From Actinomycetota bacterium (lineage in GTDB: Bacteria; Actinomycetota; AC-67), in NCBI GenBank assembly GCA_041658565.1, contig JBAZZY010000001.1, positions 87,405-151,404 on the forward strand: a stretch of DNA of 64,000 nucleotides, in the 5' to 3' direction. The number at the start of each line of letters is the position of its first letter. Within the stretch, counting starts at the first letter, position 1. A program made the translations under genes and the position numbers. The notes beneath the pieces were generated by a model. It did not search any database and was not told the DNA's origin. It was given only the letters and a program-made list of their open reading frames with translations. Shown one piece after another: positions 10,925-19,865 of this stretch.

Positions 10925-11565
10925 ATCCCGGGGAGGTGGCCCTCCGGATGGGCCGGTTCGTGTCGCGCGGGGGCGAGAAGCTCGACGGAGCGCTGCGCGT
11001 GCTCGAGTTGGACGTCGCAGGTATGCGCGCGCTGGACGCCGGTGCGGCGACCGGCGGCTTCACTCACTGTCTGCTTTCGCGCGGGGTCGTCTCGGTTGTT
11101 GCTGTGGACGTGGCTTACGGCCAACTGGCGTGGGAACTGCGCACCGACCCAAGGGTGCAGGTCGTGGAGCGCACCAATGTCCGAAATCTCACGGCGGAAT
11201 CCGTTGGAGGCGTGGTCGATCTGGTCGTCGCCGACTTGTCGTTCATCTCGCTGGCGGTCGTCGCCGATGCTCTGGTGTCGGTTGCCGGGGAGGGAGGGCG
11301 GTTGCTCGTCATGGTGAAGCCGCAGTTCGAGCTTCCTCGTGCCCGGGTTCCCCGTGGCGGCGTGGTGCGCGCGCCTGAGGACTGGAGTGCCGCCGCCCGT
11401 TCGGTGGCCGATGCGTACCGCGCGCGCGGATGCGTTCTTCTCGGGGCCGCTCCGTCGTCGTTGACAGGTCCTAAGGGGAACCGAGAGTTCTTCCTTCTAT
11501 TCGGACGCGAGGGTGTCGACGCCTCCGATGAGGTTATCGATGCGGCGATAGAGGCTGCGCCGTGA
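10921..11565 (+). CDS. tlyA: TlyA family 16S/23S rRNA (cytidine-2'-O)-methyltransferase, FtsJ-like catalytic domain (lacks in-frame S4 domain)
   Basis: VSRGGEKLDGAL...LDAGAATGGFT...VAVDVAYGQLAW...DLVVADLSFISL...VKPQFE, colinear with TlyA residues ~60–268. GTG start overlaps the stop of the S4 fragment. Confidence 0.85.
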   Translation: MNPGEVALRMGRFVSRGGEKLDGALRVLELDVAGMRALDAGAATGGFTHCLLSRGVVSVVAVDVAYGQLAWELRTDPRVQVVERTNVRNLTAESVGGVVDLVVADLSFISLAVVADALVSVAGEGGRLLVMVKPQFELPRARVPRGGVVRAPEDWSAAARSVADAYRARGCVLLGAAPSSLTGPKGNREFFLLFGREGVDASDEVIDAAIEAAP

Positions 11566-12419
11566 AGCGAGTCGGGATCGTGCTGCACGGTGCCCGTCCG
11601 GAGGCTGCAGCGACTGCGGGCAGGCTCGCGGAACTCTTGCGCGCACAATCGATTGAAGTCGTCGCACTGGAGAGCGATGCCGCGCGCGTGCCGGGGTCCA
11701 CGGTGACACCCGTCACTGAATTCTCCGACGACTTGGATCTGGTGTTTGTGCTCGGAGGGGATGGGACGCTGCTTCGTGCGGCGGAAATGGTCGGACCCCG
11801 CGGAGTGCCGCTGCTAGGGGTGAACTTTGGCGGTCTCGGCTTCTTGTCGGCGATCGAGCGAGGAGATCTGGAGTCCGAACTGGTTCACATCCTCGAGGGC
11901 GGCTTCCACGTCGAGGATCGGATGGTGCTGGCGGGGGAGATCGTCGACGGCGAGCGAACGACGCCGGTGTGGGCCATGAACGACGTCATCATCGAGAAGG
12001 CGTCGATTGGTCGCGCGATCAAGCTGGCGGTGTCGATCGGGGGCGAACCGTTTGTTTCTATTGCCGCCGACGGCATCATTATTGCGACGCCGACCGGCTC
12101 GACGGCGTACTCGTTCTCGGCGGGCGGCCCGGTGGTTTCACCGAAGATCGACTGCTTGATCGTTACGCCGGTCTCGCCGCACGGCCTGTTCCGAGCGCCG
12201 GTGATCGTCCCGCCCGATGAAGAGGTGCTGATCAACGTCCTTCCGGCCCTCGACGTAGGAGGACTTTCGGCTGACGGCCAGGAAGCGGTCGCGCTGTCGG
12301 CGAACGCTCAGATTCGGCTTCGCGCGCAGGCGCGCGGGGTGCGACTGGCAACGATCGATTCGACCCCGTTCTGGCGGATGGTTCACAGGAAGTTTGAGCT
12401 TCCCGGAGGACGGCGCTGA
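11562..12419 (+). CDS. nadK: NAD(+) kinase
   Basis: GGDGTLL, NFGGLGFL and DGIIIATPTGSTAYSFSAGGP motifs. GTG overlaps the tlyA stop (GTGA). Confidence 0.92.
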   Translation: MKRVGIVLHGARPEAAATAGRLAELLRAQSIEVVALESDAARVPGSTVTPVTEFSDDLDLVFVLGGDGTLLRAAEMVGPRGVPLLGVNFGGLGFLSAIERGDLESELVHILEGGFHVEDRMVLAGEIVDGERTTPVWAMNDVIIEKASIGRAIKLAVSIGGEPFVSIAADGIIIATPTGSTAYSFSAGGPVVSPKIDCLIVTPVSPHGLFRAPVIVPPDEEVLINVLPALDVGGLSADGQEAVALSANAQIRLRAQARGVRLATIDSTPFWRMVHRKFELPGGRR

Positions 12420-12421
12420 CC

Positions 12422-13627
12422 ATGGCGGCCGGAATGCGGCTGCGGAAGGGCCGAGAGCGACCTCGCCGCCGCTTGCGCGGAATTCGTTCCGAGTCGGGTG
12501 TCGTTGTCGGCGTGGCGCGGATCGACCACCGGACAAAGAACCTGCTGCATCGGGTGCGTCCGGGCGAGATTGCCGTGATCCTTCACGAGGATTTGGACCA
12601 AGCCTCTGCTGAAGGGCTCGTCGAAAGGGGTGTCGCGGCCGTTCTGAACTGCCATCGCTCGATTACAGGTCGCTACCCCAACGCCGGCCCGTTGGTTCTG
12701 GCGCGCGCCGGCATTCTGCTGGTCGACAACGTGGGCGAGGGGATTCTCGAGGCCATTCGCGACGGGGACCCGATTGAGATCAGAGGGGATGCGGTCTACC
12801 GCGAGGCCGTCGCCGTCGGTCGCGGCACCCGACTGGAGGGCGCGGAACTCGATCGAGCCATGAGCGCGGCGCAGGCGTCGATGGGGGATCAGCTCGAGCG
12901 TTTCGTGCGCAACACGATGGAGTACTTGCAGGCAGAGCGGGATCTCGTCTTGCGTGGGGAAGGCTTGCCCAAGCTGCGAACGCGGATCGAAGGCCGGCAC
13001 GCGGTTGTGGTCGTTCGAGGGAACGAGCACCGCGAGGACCTCAGGACGCTTCGGAGCTATATCGCGGACATGCGGCCGGCACTGATCGCCGTCGATGGGG
13101 CTGCCGATGCGTTGATCGAAGAGGGGTTGCACCCGGACGTGATTATCGGAGACATGGATTCGGTTTCCACCGGCGCGCTCACTTGTGGCGCCGAGATCGT
13201 CGTTCACGCGTACGCGGACGGGCGCGCGCCGGGCCTGGAGCGAGTGCAGGGACTCGGCGTTGATGCGCACGTATTCCCCAGTGCGGGAACGAGCGAGGAC
13301 ATTGCACTGCTGATGGCCTACGAGAACGGCGCCGAGTTGATCGTGGCGGTGGGCGCACACGACAACCTGGTCGAGTTCTTGGACAAGGGACGAGCAGGGA
13401 TGGCGAGCACGTTCGTCACGCGGCTGAAAGTCGGTCCCAAACTCGTGGATGTCAAAGGAGTGAATCGCTTGTATCGCACGCAGGTGCGCACGCGTGACAT
13501 GCTGATCCTCGTTGGATCGGCACTGGTTGCAATGCTCGCCGCGGCATTCGCGTCCCCGGGGCTTCACCTGTGGGCACGTCTCGTCGCCGATTGGTTCCGG
13601 AACGTCTTCCACTCCATCGTCGGATGA
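12422..13627 (+). CDS. steA: SteA-like putative cytokinetic ring protein (thiamin pyrophosphokinase-catalytic-domain fold; Rv1697 homologue)
   Basis: ~400 aa, VIIGDMDSV motif, C-terminal TM helix. Position after nadK and before steB/mctB matches the actinobacterial synteny. Confidence 0.75.
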   Translation: MAAGMRLRKGRERPRRRLRGIRSESGVVVGVARIDHRTKNLLHRVRPGEIAVILHEDLDQASAEGLVERGVAAVLNCHRSITGRYPNAGPLVLARAGILLVDNVGEGILEAIRDGDPIEIRGDAVYREAVAVGRGTRLEGAELDRAMSAAQASMGDQLERFVRNTMEYLQAERDLVLRGEGLPKLRTRIEGRHAVVVVRGNEHREDLRTLRSYIADMRPALIAVDGAADALIEEGLHPDVIIGDMDSVSTGALTCGAEIVVHAYADGRAPGLERVQGLGVDAHVFPSAGTSEDIALLMAYENGAELIVAVGAHDNLVEFLDKGRAGMASTFVTRLKVGPKLVDVKGVNRLYRTQVRTRDMLILVGSALVAMLAAAFASPGLHLWARLVADWFRNVFHSIVG

Positions 13628-14559
13628 TCAACCTTCGCTATCACATTGTGTCGCTCATCGCGGTGTTCCTTGCGCTTGCGTTGGGAGTGATCGCGGGCAC
13701 GACCGTCGTTGATCAAGGGCTGGTCCGGAACCTGCGCCGCCTCGGGAACTCGCTCCGAGATCAGCAGAACGCGCTGCGCGAGCAAAACAGTGAGTTCAAG
13801 CGTGAAATCGCGTTGTGGGACAGATTCGCGGACGCTCTGGTTCCCGGACTCATGCAGGATCGGCTGAAGGGTAAGCGCGTCGTGCTGCTGGTGGCCGACG
13901 GCCTGAAAGGTGAAACGCCGGGCGACGTTTCCGACGCGATTGTGACCGCGGGGGGAATTCCTTCCGGCCGTATCGAGTTCTCCGCGAAGTGGCGACTCGA
14001 CGACCGAACCTCGCGCGAGCAACTGGCCCTGGCTCTGCGGCTTCCCGCGGACGCCGAAGTCCCGGATCTTCTCGAAGCCGCGGCGTCGCAGATCGCCGCT
14101 CGTCTCGTGGCTCCCGGGGACGTTCGTTCCGAAGGTGATGTGATTGGATCGCTCGTGCGGAGCGGCTTTGCGGACGTGACGGGTGACGCCGGTCGGATCT
14201 TTCCTTCCAAGGGGTCGCTGATCGTCTACATGGCCTCCGGGGCTCGGGCGGAGAACCCGTCGCCGGACGAGTTCGTCCTGCCATTGCTGCGTGCTGTTGC
14301 CGCGCGGGTGCCGACTGCGCTGGCCGAACCGCTGTCCTCCGTGAAATCGCTGGCCGAATTGGTCCGGCAGGACCGGGATTTGGGAGCGCGCGTTGTGACC
14401 GTCGACCATGCAGACACACTCCCGGGCCTGCTGGCACTCGTCTCGGGACTCAGGGATCTTGCCGCAGGGAAGCGCGCCGTCGCGTACGGCGTACGACGCG
14501 GGGCAAGCGCAATCGCGCCTGTTCCTGCGCCGACTCCGGTCCCGACCGGTAAAGCGTGA
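13624..14559 (+). CDS. mctB: SteB/MctB-like membrane-anchored channel protein (Rv1698 homologue)
   Basis: MINLRYHIVSLIAVFLALALGVIAG N-terminus is nearly identical in pattern to MctB (MISLRQHAVSLAAVFLALAMGV). ATG 13624 overlaps the steA stop (ATGA). Confidence 0.8.
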   Translation: MINLRYHIVSLIAVFLALALGVIAGTTVVDQGLVRNLRRLGNSLRDQQNALREQNSEFKREIALWDRFADALVPGLMQDRLKGKRVVLLVADGLKGETPGDVSDAIVTAGGIPSGRIEFSAKWRLDDRTSREQLALALRLPADAEVPDLLEAAASQIAARLVAPGDVRSEGDVIGSLVRSGFADVTGDAGRIFPSKGSLIVYMASGARAENPSPDEFVLPLLRAVAARVPTALAEPLSSVKSLAELVRQDRDLGARVVTVDHADTLPGLLALVSGLRDLAAGKRAVAYGVRRGASAIAPVPAPTPVPTGKA

Positions 14560-15242
14560 GCGCCACAGACAGACCGGCGGTTGTAGCGCTCGTGCCTGCT
14601 CGCGAGGAGGCCCAGCGCATCTCGGTGACCGTGCAAACCCTGCTCGGGATCGCAGGCGTAGATGGCGTCGTGGTTATAGACGATGCATCGACCGACGGCA
14701 CTGCAGCCGCGGCCGCGGCCGCCGGCGCCCGCGTGCTAAGGCTCAAGCGTCGCCTCGGGAAAGGGGGTGCGCTCGCCTACGGTCTTGGCCGGATCCAGGC
14801 CGACCTCGTACTGCTCATCGACGCAGACCTGGGTGAGAGCGCTGGTGTTGCGGCGGCTCTCCTGGATCCGCTCCTGCGAGGTGAGGCCGACATGTCTGTG
14901 GCTTGTCCGCCGGTGACGGGTCCGAGTGGATTCGGCCTGGTGGAGGGTTTTGCGCGATGGGGAATCGAGCGCCTGACTGGGCGTCGCATGGAGCGACCTC
15001 TGTCGGGCCAGCGTGCGGTACGCGGGGAGATGTTGCGCGCGGTGGCACTCGCCCCGAGATTCGGTATCGAAGTCGGGCTGACTGTGGATGTGCTGCGTCG
15101 GGGGGGAAGAGTGGTCGAGGTCCCGTTCGAGATCTCCCACGCCCGCACCGGGCGGGACGTGCGGGGGTTCCGTCATCGGGGTCGCCAAGGGTGGGACATC
15201 TTCTGCGTGCTGACGCGCCGGGCCATTAGGCGCGGGGCGTGA
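14556..15242 (+). CDS. Glycosyltransferase family 2 protein (GpgS / polyprenyl-phosphate sugar synthase-like catalytic domain)
   Basis: VALVPAREE...VVVIDDASTDGT...LLIDADL DxD-type motifs. GTG overlaps the mctB stop (GTGA). Confidence 0.7.
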   Translation: MSATDRPAVVALVPAREEAQRISVTVQTLLGIAGVDGVVVIDDASTDGTAAAAAAAGARVLRLKRRLGKGGALAYGLGRIQADLVLLIDADLGESAGVAAALLDPLLRGEADMSVACPPVTGPSGFGLVEGFARWGIERLTGRRMERPLSGQRAVRGEMLRAVALAPRFGIEVGLTVDVLRRGGRVVEVPFEISHARTGRDVRGFRHRGRQGWDIFCVLTRRAIRRGA

Positions 15243-15249
15243 TAGACAG

Positions 15250-16101
15250 ATGACTATGGGTTCTGTGATCCTGGCGGTTGCGTGCGGATTCGTCGGAGCG
15301 GCGGTGTCGCGCCGCGCCGCAATGTACATCGCCGCGGGCGCGGGGCCGACACGCGCGAACTACCGTGGTATCGCGCTGCCGTCGGCTGCGGGATTCGCCG
15401 TCGTTCTCGGGTTTCTGGCCGGGGCGGCGCTCCCCGCCGTTATTCGCGCGTTCACCCAGGCGTCCGCCTCGATCACGACCACCGCCGGAATTTCGGTGAG
15501 TTGTGTCGCCGGGGTGCTTGGCTTCGCGCTTCTGGGATTGTGGGACGATCTCGCGGGCAGTGCAGGCGAACGCGGGTGGCGCGCGCACGCTCGCGCCCTC
15601 GGCCGAGGGCGGCCCTCATCGGGAGCGATCAAGCTCGGTGGAGGAATCGCGCTCGCGCTGCTGGTCGCGGCACCGATGGGCCGCGGCACGCTGTGGACAC
15701 TGGTCGACGCCGCGGTCGTGGCCATGGCTGCGAACCTGTGGAATCTGTTCGATCTGCGTCCGGGGCGGGCGTGCAAGATCTTCGTCGTCGCGGCGATCCC
15801 ACTCATGGTCGTAGCGGGAACCGCGACGCCGCTCCTCGCCGCAGGGCTGGGCGCGGTGGTCGCATTCTTGCCGTTTGACCTGCGAGAACGAACGATGCTC
15901 GGAGATGTCGGTGCGAATGCGTTGGGTGCCCTCGTGGGATGGGTAACGGTCCTTTCCGGATCACCGACGGCCCGCGTGAGCGCTCTGTCCGCACTGGCGT
16001 TGATGCACTTGGTCGCGGACCGGCCCGGCCTGTCGAGAATCATCAGCGCCGTTCCGCCGCTTCGCGCATTCGACCTTACCGGCCGGGTTCGCGAACCCTA
16101 G
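15250..16101 (+). CDS. MraY/WecA-family (GT4) polyprenyl-phosphate sugar-1-phosphate transferase-like membrane protein, divergent
   Basis: ~9 TM helices; WDDLAGS (DDxxD), NLWNLFDLRPGRA (degenerate NxxNxxDGxDG) and MLGDVGANALG (GD-G-LG) motifs. Confidence 0.5.
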   Translation: MTMGSVILAVACGFVGAAVSRRAAMYIAAGAGPTRANYRGIALPSAAGFAVVLGFLAGAALPAVIRAFTQASASITTTAGISVSCVAGVLGFALLGLWDDLAGSAGERGWRAHARALGRGRPSSGAIKLGGGIALALLVAAPMGRGTLWTLVDAAVVAMAANLWNLFDLRPGRACKIFVVAAIPLMVVAGTATPLLAAGLGAVVAFLPFDLRERTMLGDVGANALGALVGWVTVLSGSPTARVSALSALALMHLVADRPGLSRIISAVPPLRAFDLTGRVREP

Positions 16102-16157
16102 CCGCGTCAGCTTGGCTGGTGGTGCTTTCGTTCCTGCGGTGACCGTTCTCCCACGAG

Positions 16158-16817
16158 CTAGGTTCTCGGCGATCCAAGGACGTACGGAGAGTCCATGTCC
16201 GCCAAGTCGGCTGCGTTGCCTGAGATTAGTCCGGCACCTACGTATGTGGCGATCCCCTGGAACAGGTCAACCTCATCTAGGACTGCTCCGTCGACTGCTA
16301 CGGTCACGTCTCCCGCCTTGAGGTCCTGACGGCGAACGGACGCCGTGATTGTGTTCTCGATGTCATCTACTGAGACGGTCACTTCGGCGCCGGGGATGTC
16401 TTCGCACTGCACGAGCGTTTCCCCCGTCGTGGTGCAGTTCCCTTGGAGGTTCCCGCCTCCCCGCCCAACTTCTGGGGTGTACGCGCGCGCCCTCAGCGAG
16501 AACGCCTGGGGGTCCTTGTCGTCGTCGGGCACGTCGAGCGTGAATTCCCAGTAGTAGTGGATGATTTCCGGGACGCCGCCGGTGCCGTCCGGAATGTCGA
16601 CGACTTGCCATGTGAAGGTCAGCGCATCGTCGGTTTCGCCGATGTAGCCGGCGATCAGGTCCTGTGCCTCCGGAGTGGCCTCAGCGAGCAGCACCGAGTC
16701 GAGCGTGTCGTCCTCGAAGACCTGGACGGGCGCCAGCGTTCCCGCGGCGTGGGCGGTCGGTACGGCAAGGATGGCGGTGCACAGGGCGGCAACCGCAAGC
16801 TTGACTGTCGTGCGCAT
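16158..16817 (-). CDS. Secreted hypothetical protein (signal peptide MRTTVKLAVAALCTAILAVPTAHAAG)
   Basis: ATG at 16817 preceded by GGGGG SD; acidic mature domain with 2 Cys. The upstream part of the six-frame ORF is non-coding. Confidence 0.6.
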   Translation of the reverse strand: MRTTVKLAVAALCTAILAVPTAHAAGTLAPVQVFEDDTLDSVLLAEATPEAQDLIAGYIGETDDALTFTWQVVDIPDGTGGVPEIIHYYWEFTLDVPDDDKDPQAFSLRARAYTPEVGRGGGNLQGNCTTTGETLVQCEDIPGAEVTVSVDDIENTITASVRRQDLKAGDVTVAVDGAVLDEVDLFQGIATYVGAGLISGNAADLADMDSPYVLGSPRT

Positions 16818-17006
16818 TTGAAAACCCCCGATGTCTGTGTGTTCAGTGCCTAATTCGTCACGGATAAGAGGAATTCCTCCCGGCGCGACGGACCGTCCGG
16901 CGCTGGGCAAGCGTGGGGGAGACCACCTCCGCCGCTGTAGCCCGACCCCCCGTTGTCTGTTAGATTGAGGTCCCGTAGGCAGAAGGCGACCTGCGGGAGT
17001 TTTTTT

Positions 17007-18650
17007 GTGGCGAAACACATCTTTGTAACAGGCGGCGTTTCCTCCAGTTTGGGCAAAGGCCTAACTGCGGCCTCGCTCGGCCGGCTTCTCAAGGCCCGCG
17101 GGCTCCGGATCGTGATGCAGAAGCTCGATCCCTACATCAACGTCGACCCCGGAACGATGAACCCGTTCCAGCACGGGGAGGTGTTCGTCACCGACGATGG
17201 GGCCGAGACCGATCTGGATCTCGGGCACTACGAGCGATTCATCGACGAGAACCTCTCGCGGGACTCCAGCGTGACGACCGGACTGGTCTACCGCACCGTG
17301 ATTGAGCGGGAGCGCAGAGGGGAGTTCCTCGGGGCGACGGTCCAGGTGATCCCGCACATCACGGAGGAGATCAAGAGCAGGATCCGACGGCTTGCGACGG
17401 AAGAGGTCGACATCGTGATCACCGAGGTTGGTGGAACCGTCGGCGATATCGAGAGCCTGCCGTACCTGGAGGCAATCCGTCAGTTCCGTCACGACATCGG
17501 CCGCGAGAACGTCTTCTATCTCCACGTGTCCTTGGTTCCCTACATTGGGCCGACCGGCGAGCTTAAGACCAAGCCGACGCAGCATTCGGTCGCGGAGTTG
17601 CGGTCGATTGGTATTCAGCCGGACGCCATCGTGTGTCGCTCCGACCGACCTCTGACCCCCGGCCTCAAGAAGAAGATCGCGCAGTTCTGCGATGTCGAGG
17701 TCGAGGGAGTCGTCGCAGCGCAGGATGCGGCGAGTATTTACGAGATACCGCTGGTGTTGCTCGAGGAGAAGCTGGATCAGTTCGTCCTGCGCCGCCTCGG
17801 AGTGCAGGCCGAGGAGCCGGATCTCGCGGATTGGAGGGAACTTCTCCGCAAGATCGAGACGGCGTCTCGGCCGGTCCGCATCGCGATCGTGGGGAAGTAT
17901 GTGACGCTTGCCGATAGCTATCTGTCGGTGGTGGAGGCCGTGAAGCACGCGGCGTTTCACCATGGAGGGAAGCTGGAGATCGTTTGGGTTGCGTCGGACG
18001 ACGTGGAGACTCCGGACGCTGACTGCTTGGACGGGGTCGACGGGATCGTGGTCCCCGGGGGGTTCGGCGTTCGGGGGATCGAAGGGAAGCTGAACGCGAT
18101 TCGCTTCGCGCGGGAGAGGCAGGTTCCGTTCCTGGGTCTATGCCTTGGGTTGCAGTGCGCCGTGATTGAGTTCGCGCGCAACGTCGGAGGGCTGGAGGGA
18201 GCGAACTCATCCGAGTTCGATGCAACAACGCCTCATCCCGTGATCGACCTGATGCACGAGCAGCACGACCTATCTCACAAAGGCGGCACGATGCGTCTTG
18301 GGCTCTGGGTGTGCCGCTTACTGGAGGGGTCCCGCGCGCGCCGGGCGTACGGCGAGGAGATCATTCTCGAACGGCACCGCCACCGGTACGAGGTGAACAA
18401 CAGGTACCGCAGGCAACTAGAGGCCGCGGGTTTGACCGTTAGCGGCACCACTGTCGACGGGAAGCTCGTCGAAGTTGTGGAAATCCGCGATCATGCGTTC
18501 TTCGTTGCGTCACAGTTCCACCCTGAGTTCAAGAGCAGGCCGACCCGTCCCCACCCGCTGTTTCGCGACTTCGTCGGTGCGGCCCTCGCTCGGGCGGAAT
18601 CTGTCGCCGGGGTCCTGCCGCTGCCGTCGGCTGAATCCGCGTCGCACTAG
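17007..18650 (+). CDS. pyrG: CTP synthase
   Basis: [19 protein letters not shown]-terminus; C-terminal glutamine amidotransferase domain ([20 protein letters not shown]). GTG 17007 is the likely start; the TTG 16953 extension is unlikely. Confidence 0.95.
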   Translation: MAKHIFVTGGVSSSLGKGLTAASLGRLLKARGLRIVMQKLDPYINVDPGTMNPFQHGEVFVTDDGAETDLDLGHYERFIDENLSRDSSVTTGLVYRTVIERERRGEFLGATVQVIPHITEEIKSRIRRLATEEVDIVITEVGGTVGDIESLPYLEAIRQFRHDIGRENVFYLHVSLVPYIGPTGELKTKPTQHSVAELRSIGIQPDAIVCRSDRPLTPGLKKKIAQFCDVEVEGVVAAQDAASIYEIPLVLLEEKLDQFVLRRLGVQAEEPDLADWRELLRKIETASRPVRIAIVGKYVTLADSYLSVVEAVKHAAFHHGGKLEIVWVASDDVETPDADCLDGVDGIVVPGGFGVRGIEGKLNAIRFARERQVPFLGLCLGLQCAVIEFARNVGGLEGANSSEFDATTPHPVIDLMHEQHDLSHKGGTMRLGLWVCRLLEGSRARRAYGEEIILERHRHRYEVNNRYRRQLEAAGLTVSGTTVDGKLVEVVEIRDHAFFVASQFHPEFKSRPTRPHPLFRDFVGAALARAESVAGVLPLPSAESASH

Positions 18651-18720
18651 GGTTCTGACCGGGTCCTGCCGCTGCAGTTTCGCCGGCGGGCGCCGGTAGG
18701 ATGCTCCACAGGAGGCCCAG

Positions 18721-19839
18721 ATGATCATCGGTGTTCCCCGCGAGGTCATGGAGTCCGAGTACCGCGTGGCGATGACGCCCGTGGGGGTTCGCGAGCTAAC
18801 TGCTGAGGGGAACCGTGTTCTGATTCAGCGATCCGCGGGGGACGGCTCCTCAATTCCAGACGCCGCGTTTGAGCGTGCCGGCGCAACATTGGTCGAGACG
18901 GCTGAAGAGACGTGGTCCGGGGCCGACCTGGTGTGCAAAGTGAAGGAACCCCTGCCGGCCGAGTTCAAGTACTTGCAGCCCGGGGTCACGCTGTTTACGT
19001 ACCTGCACCTTGCGGCTCACCGTGACGTGACCAAGGCCCTTGCCGAGTCAGGGTGCGTGGCCATTGCGTACGAAACCGTGCAGGCGGAGAACGGTTCCCT
19101 TCCGCTTCTAACGCCTATGAGCGAGGTTGCGGGGAGGATGGCTCCGCATGTCGCTGCAACACACTTGGAACGGCCACATGGCGGCTCCGGCGTGCTGATG
19201 GGAGGGGTCTCCGGTGTGCGTCCGGCGCGAGTGGTCGTCCTCGGGGCAGGCGTTGCGGGAACGAATGCGGCCTGGATCGCCCAAGGCATGGAGGCCGAAG
19301 TCGTCCTGCTGGATCGGAACGTCGAGCGACTTCGGTACGTCGATCATATTCACAAGGGTCGGATTCTCACCCTCGCCAGTGCGGGATTGACGATCGAGGA
19401 TCAGGTGCTGCAGGCCGACGTCGTGATTGGTGCCGTCCTTGTGCCCGGCGCGCGCGCCCCCAAGCTCGTGAGCGCGGAGATCGTGTCGCAAATGCGCCCC
19501 GGATCGGTGATCGTGGACATCTCGATTGATCAGGGTGGGTGCTTCGGGACGAGTCGGGTCACAACCCACGCAGACCCCACTTATGTAACCTCCGGGGTGG
19601 TACACTACTGCGTTGGGAACATGCCGGGTGCTGTTCCTCACACGTCGACCTACGCGCTGACGAACGCGACGATGCCGTACGTCGTCGCGCTTGCTCGAAA
19701 GGGCATCGTCGGGGCGATTCACGACGATGCGACTCTGGCGCAAGGGGTGAACGTGTACGAAGGCAGCGTGACCAATCAGGCGGTCGCCGAGGCTCACGGC
19801 CTTTCGTGCCTGCCTCTCGAATCCCTCCTGGTTCCTTAA
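18721..19839 (+). CDS. ald: Alanine dehydrogenase
   Basis: MIIGVPREV...EYRVAMTP N-terminus and NAD-binding VVVLGAGVAGTNAA; 372 aa. Confidence 0.92.
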   Translation: MIIGVPREVMESEYRVAMTPVGVRELTAEGNRVLIQRSAGDGSSIPDAAFERAGATLVETAEETWSGADLVCKVKEPLPAEFKYLQPGVTLFTYLHLAAHRDVTKALAESGCVAIAYETVQAENGSLPLLTPMSEVAGRMAPHVAATHLERPHGGSGVLMGGVSGVRPARVVVLGAGVAGTNAAWIAQGMEAEVVLLDRNVERLRYVDHIHKGRILTLASAGLTIEDQVLQADVVIGAVLVPGARAPKLVSAEIVSQMRPGSVIVDISIDQGGCFGTSRVTTHADPTYVTSGVVHYCVGNMPGAVPHTSTYALTNATMPYVVALARKGIVGAIHDDATLAQGVNVYEGSVTNQAVAEAHGLSCLPLESLLVP

Positions 19840-19865
19840 CGACCTCCTTCCGAGCGAGTATCCCC

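Noticed and set aside
10921-11565. tlyA annotated as a hemolysin/virulence factor
   Set aside because: The sequence supports an FtsJ-like rRNA 2'-O-methyltransferase fold only; the hemolysin label is historical and not inferable from sequence.
12383-14437. Long minus-strand ORFs (12383–13612, 13564–14409, 13850–14437) opposite steA/mctB
   Set aside because: Antisense to conserved, synteny-supported genes; Arg/Pro-rich.
17061-17963. 300-aa minus-strand ORF inside pyrG
   Set aside because: Antisense to CTP synthase.
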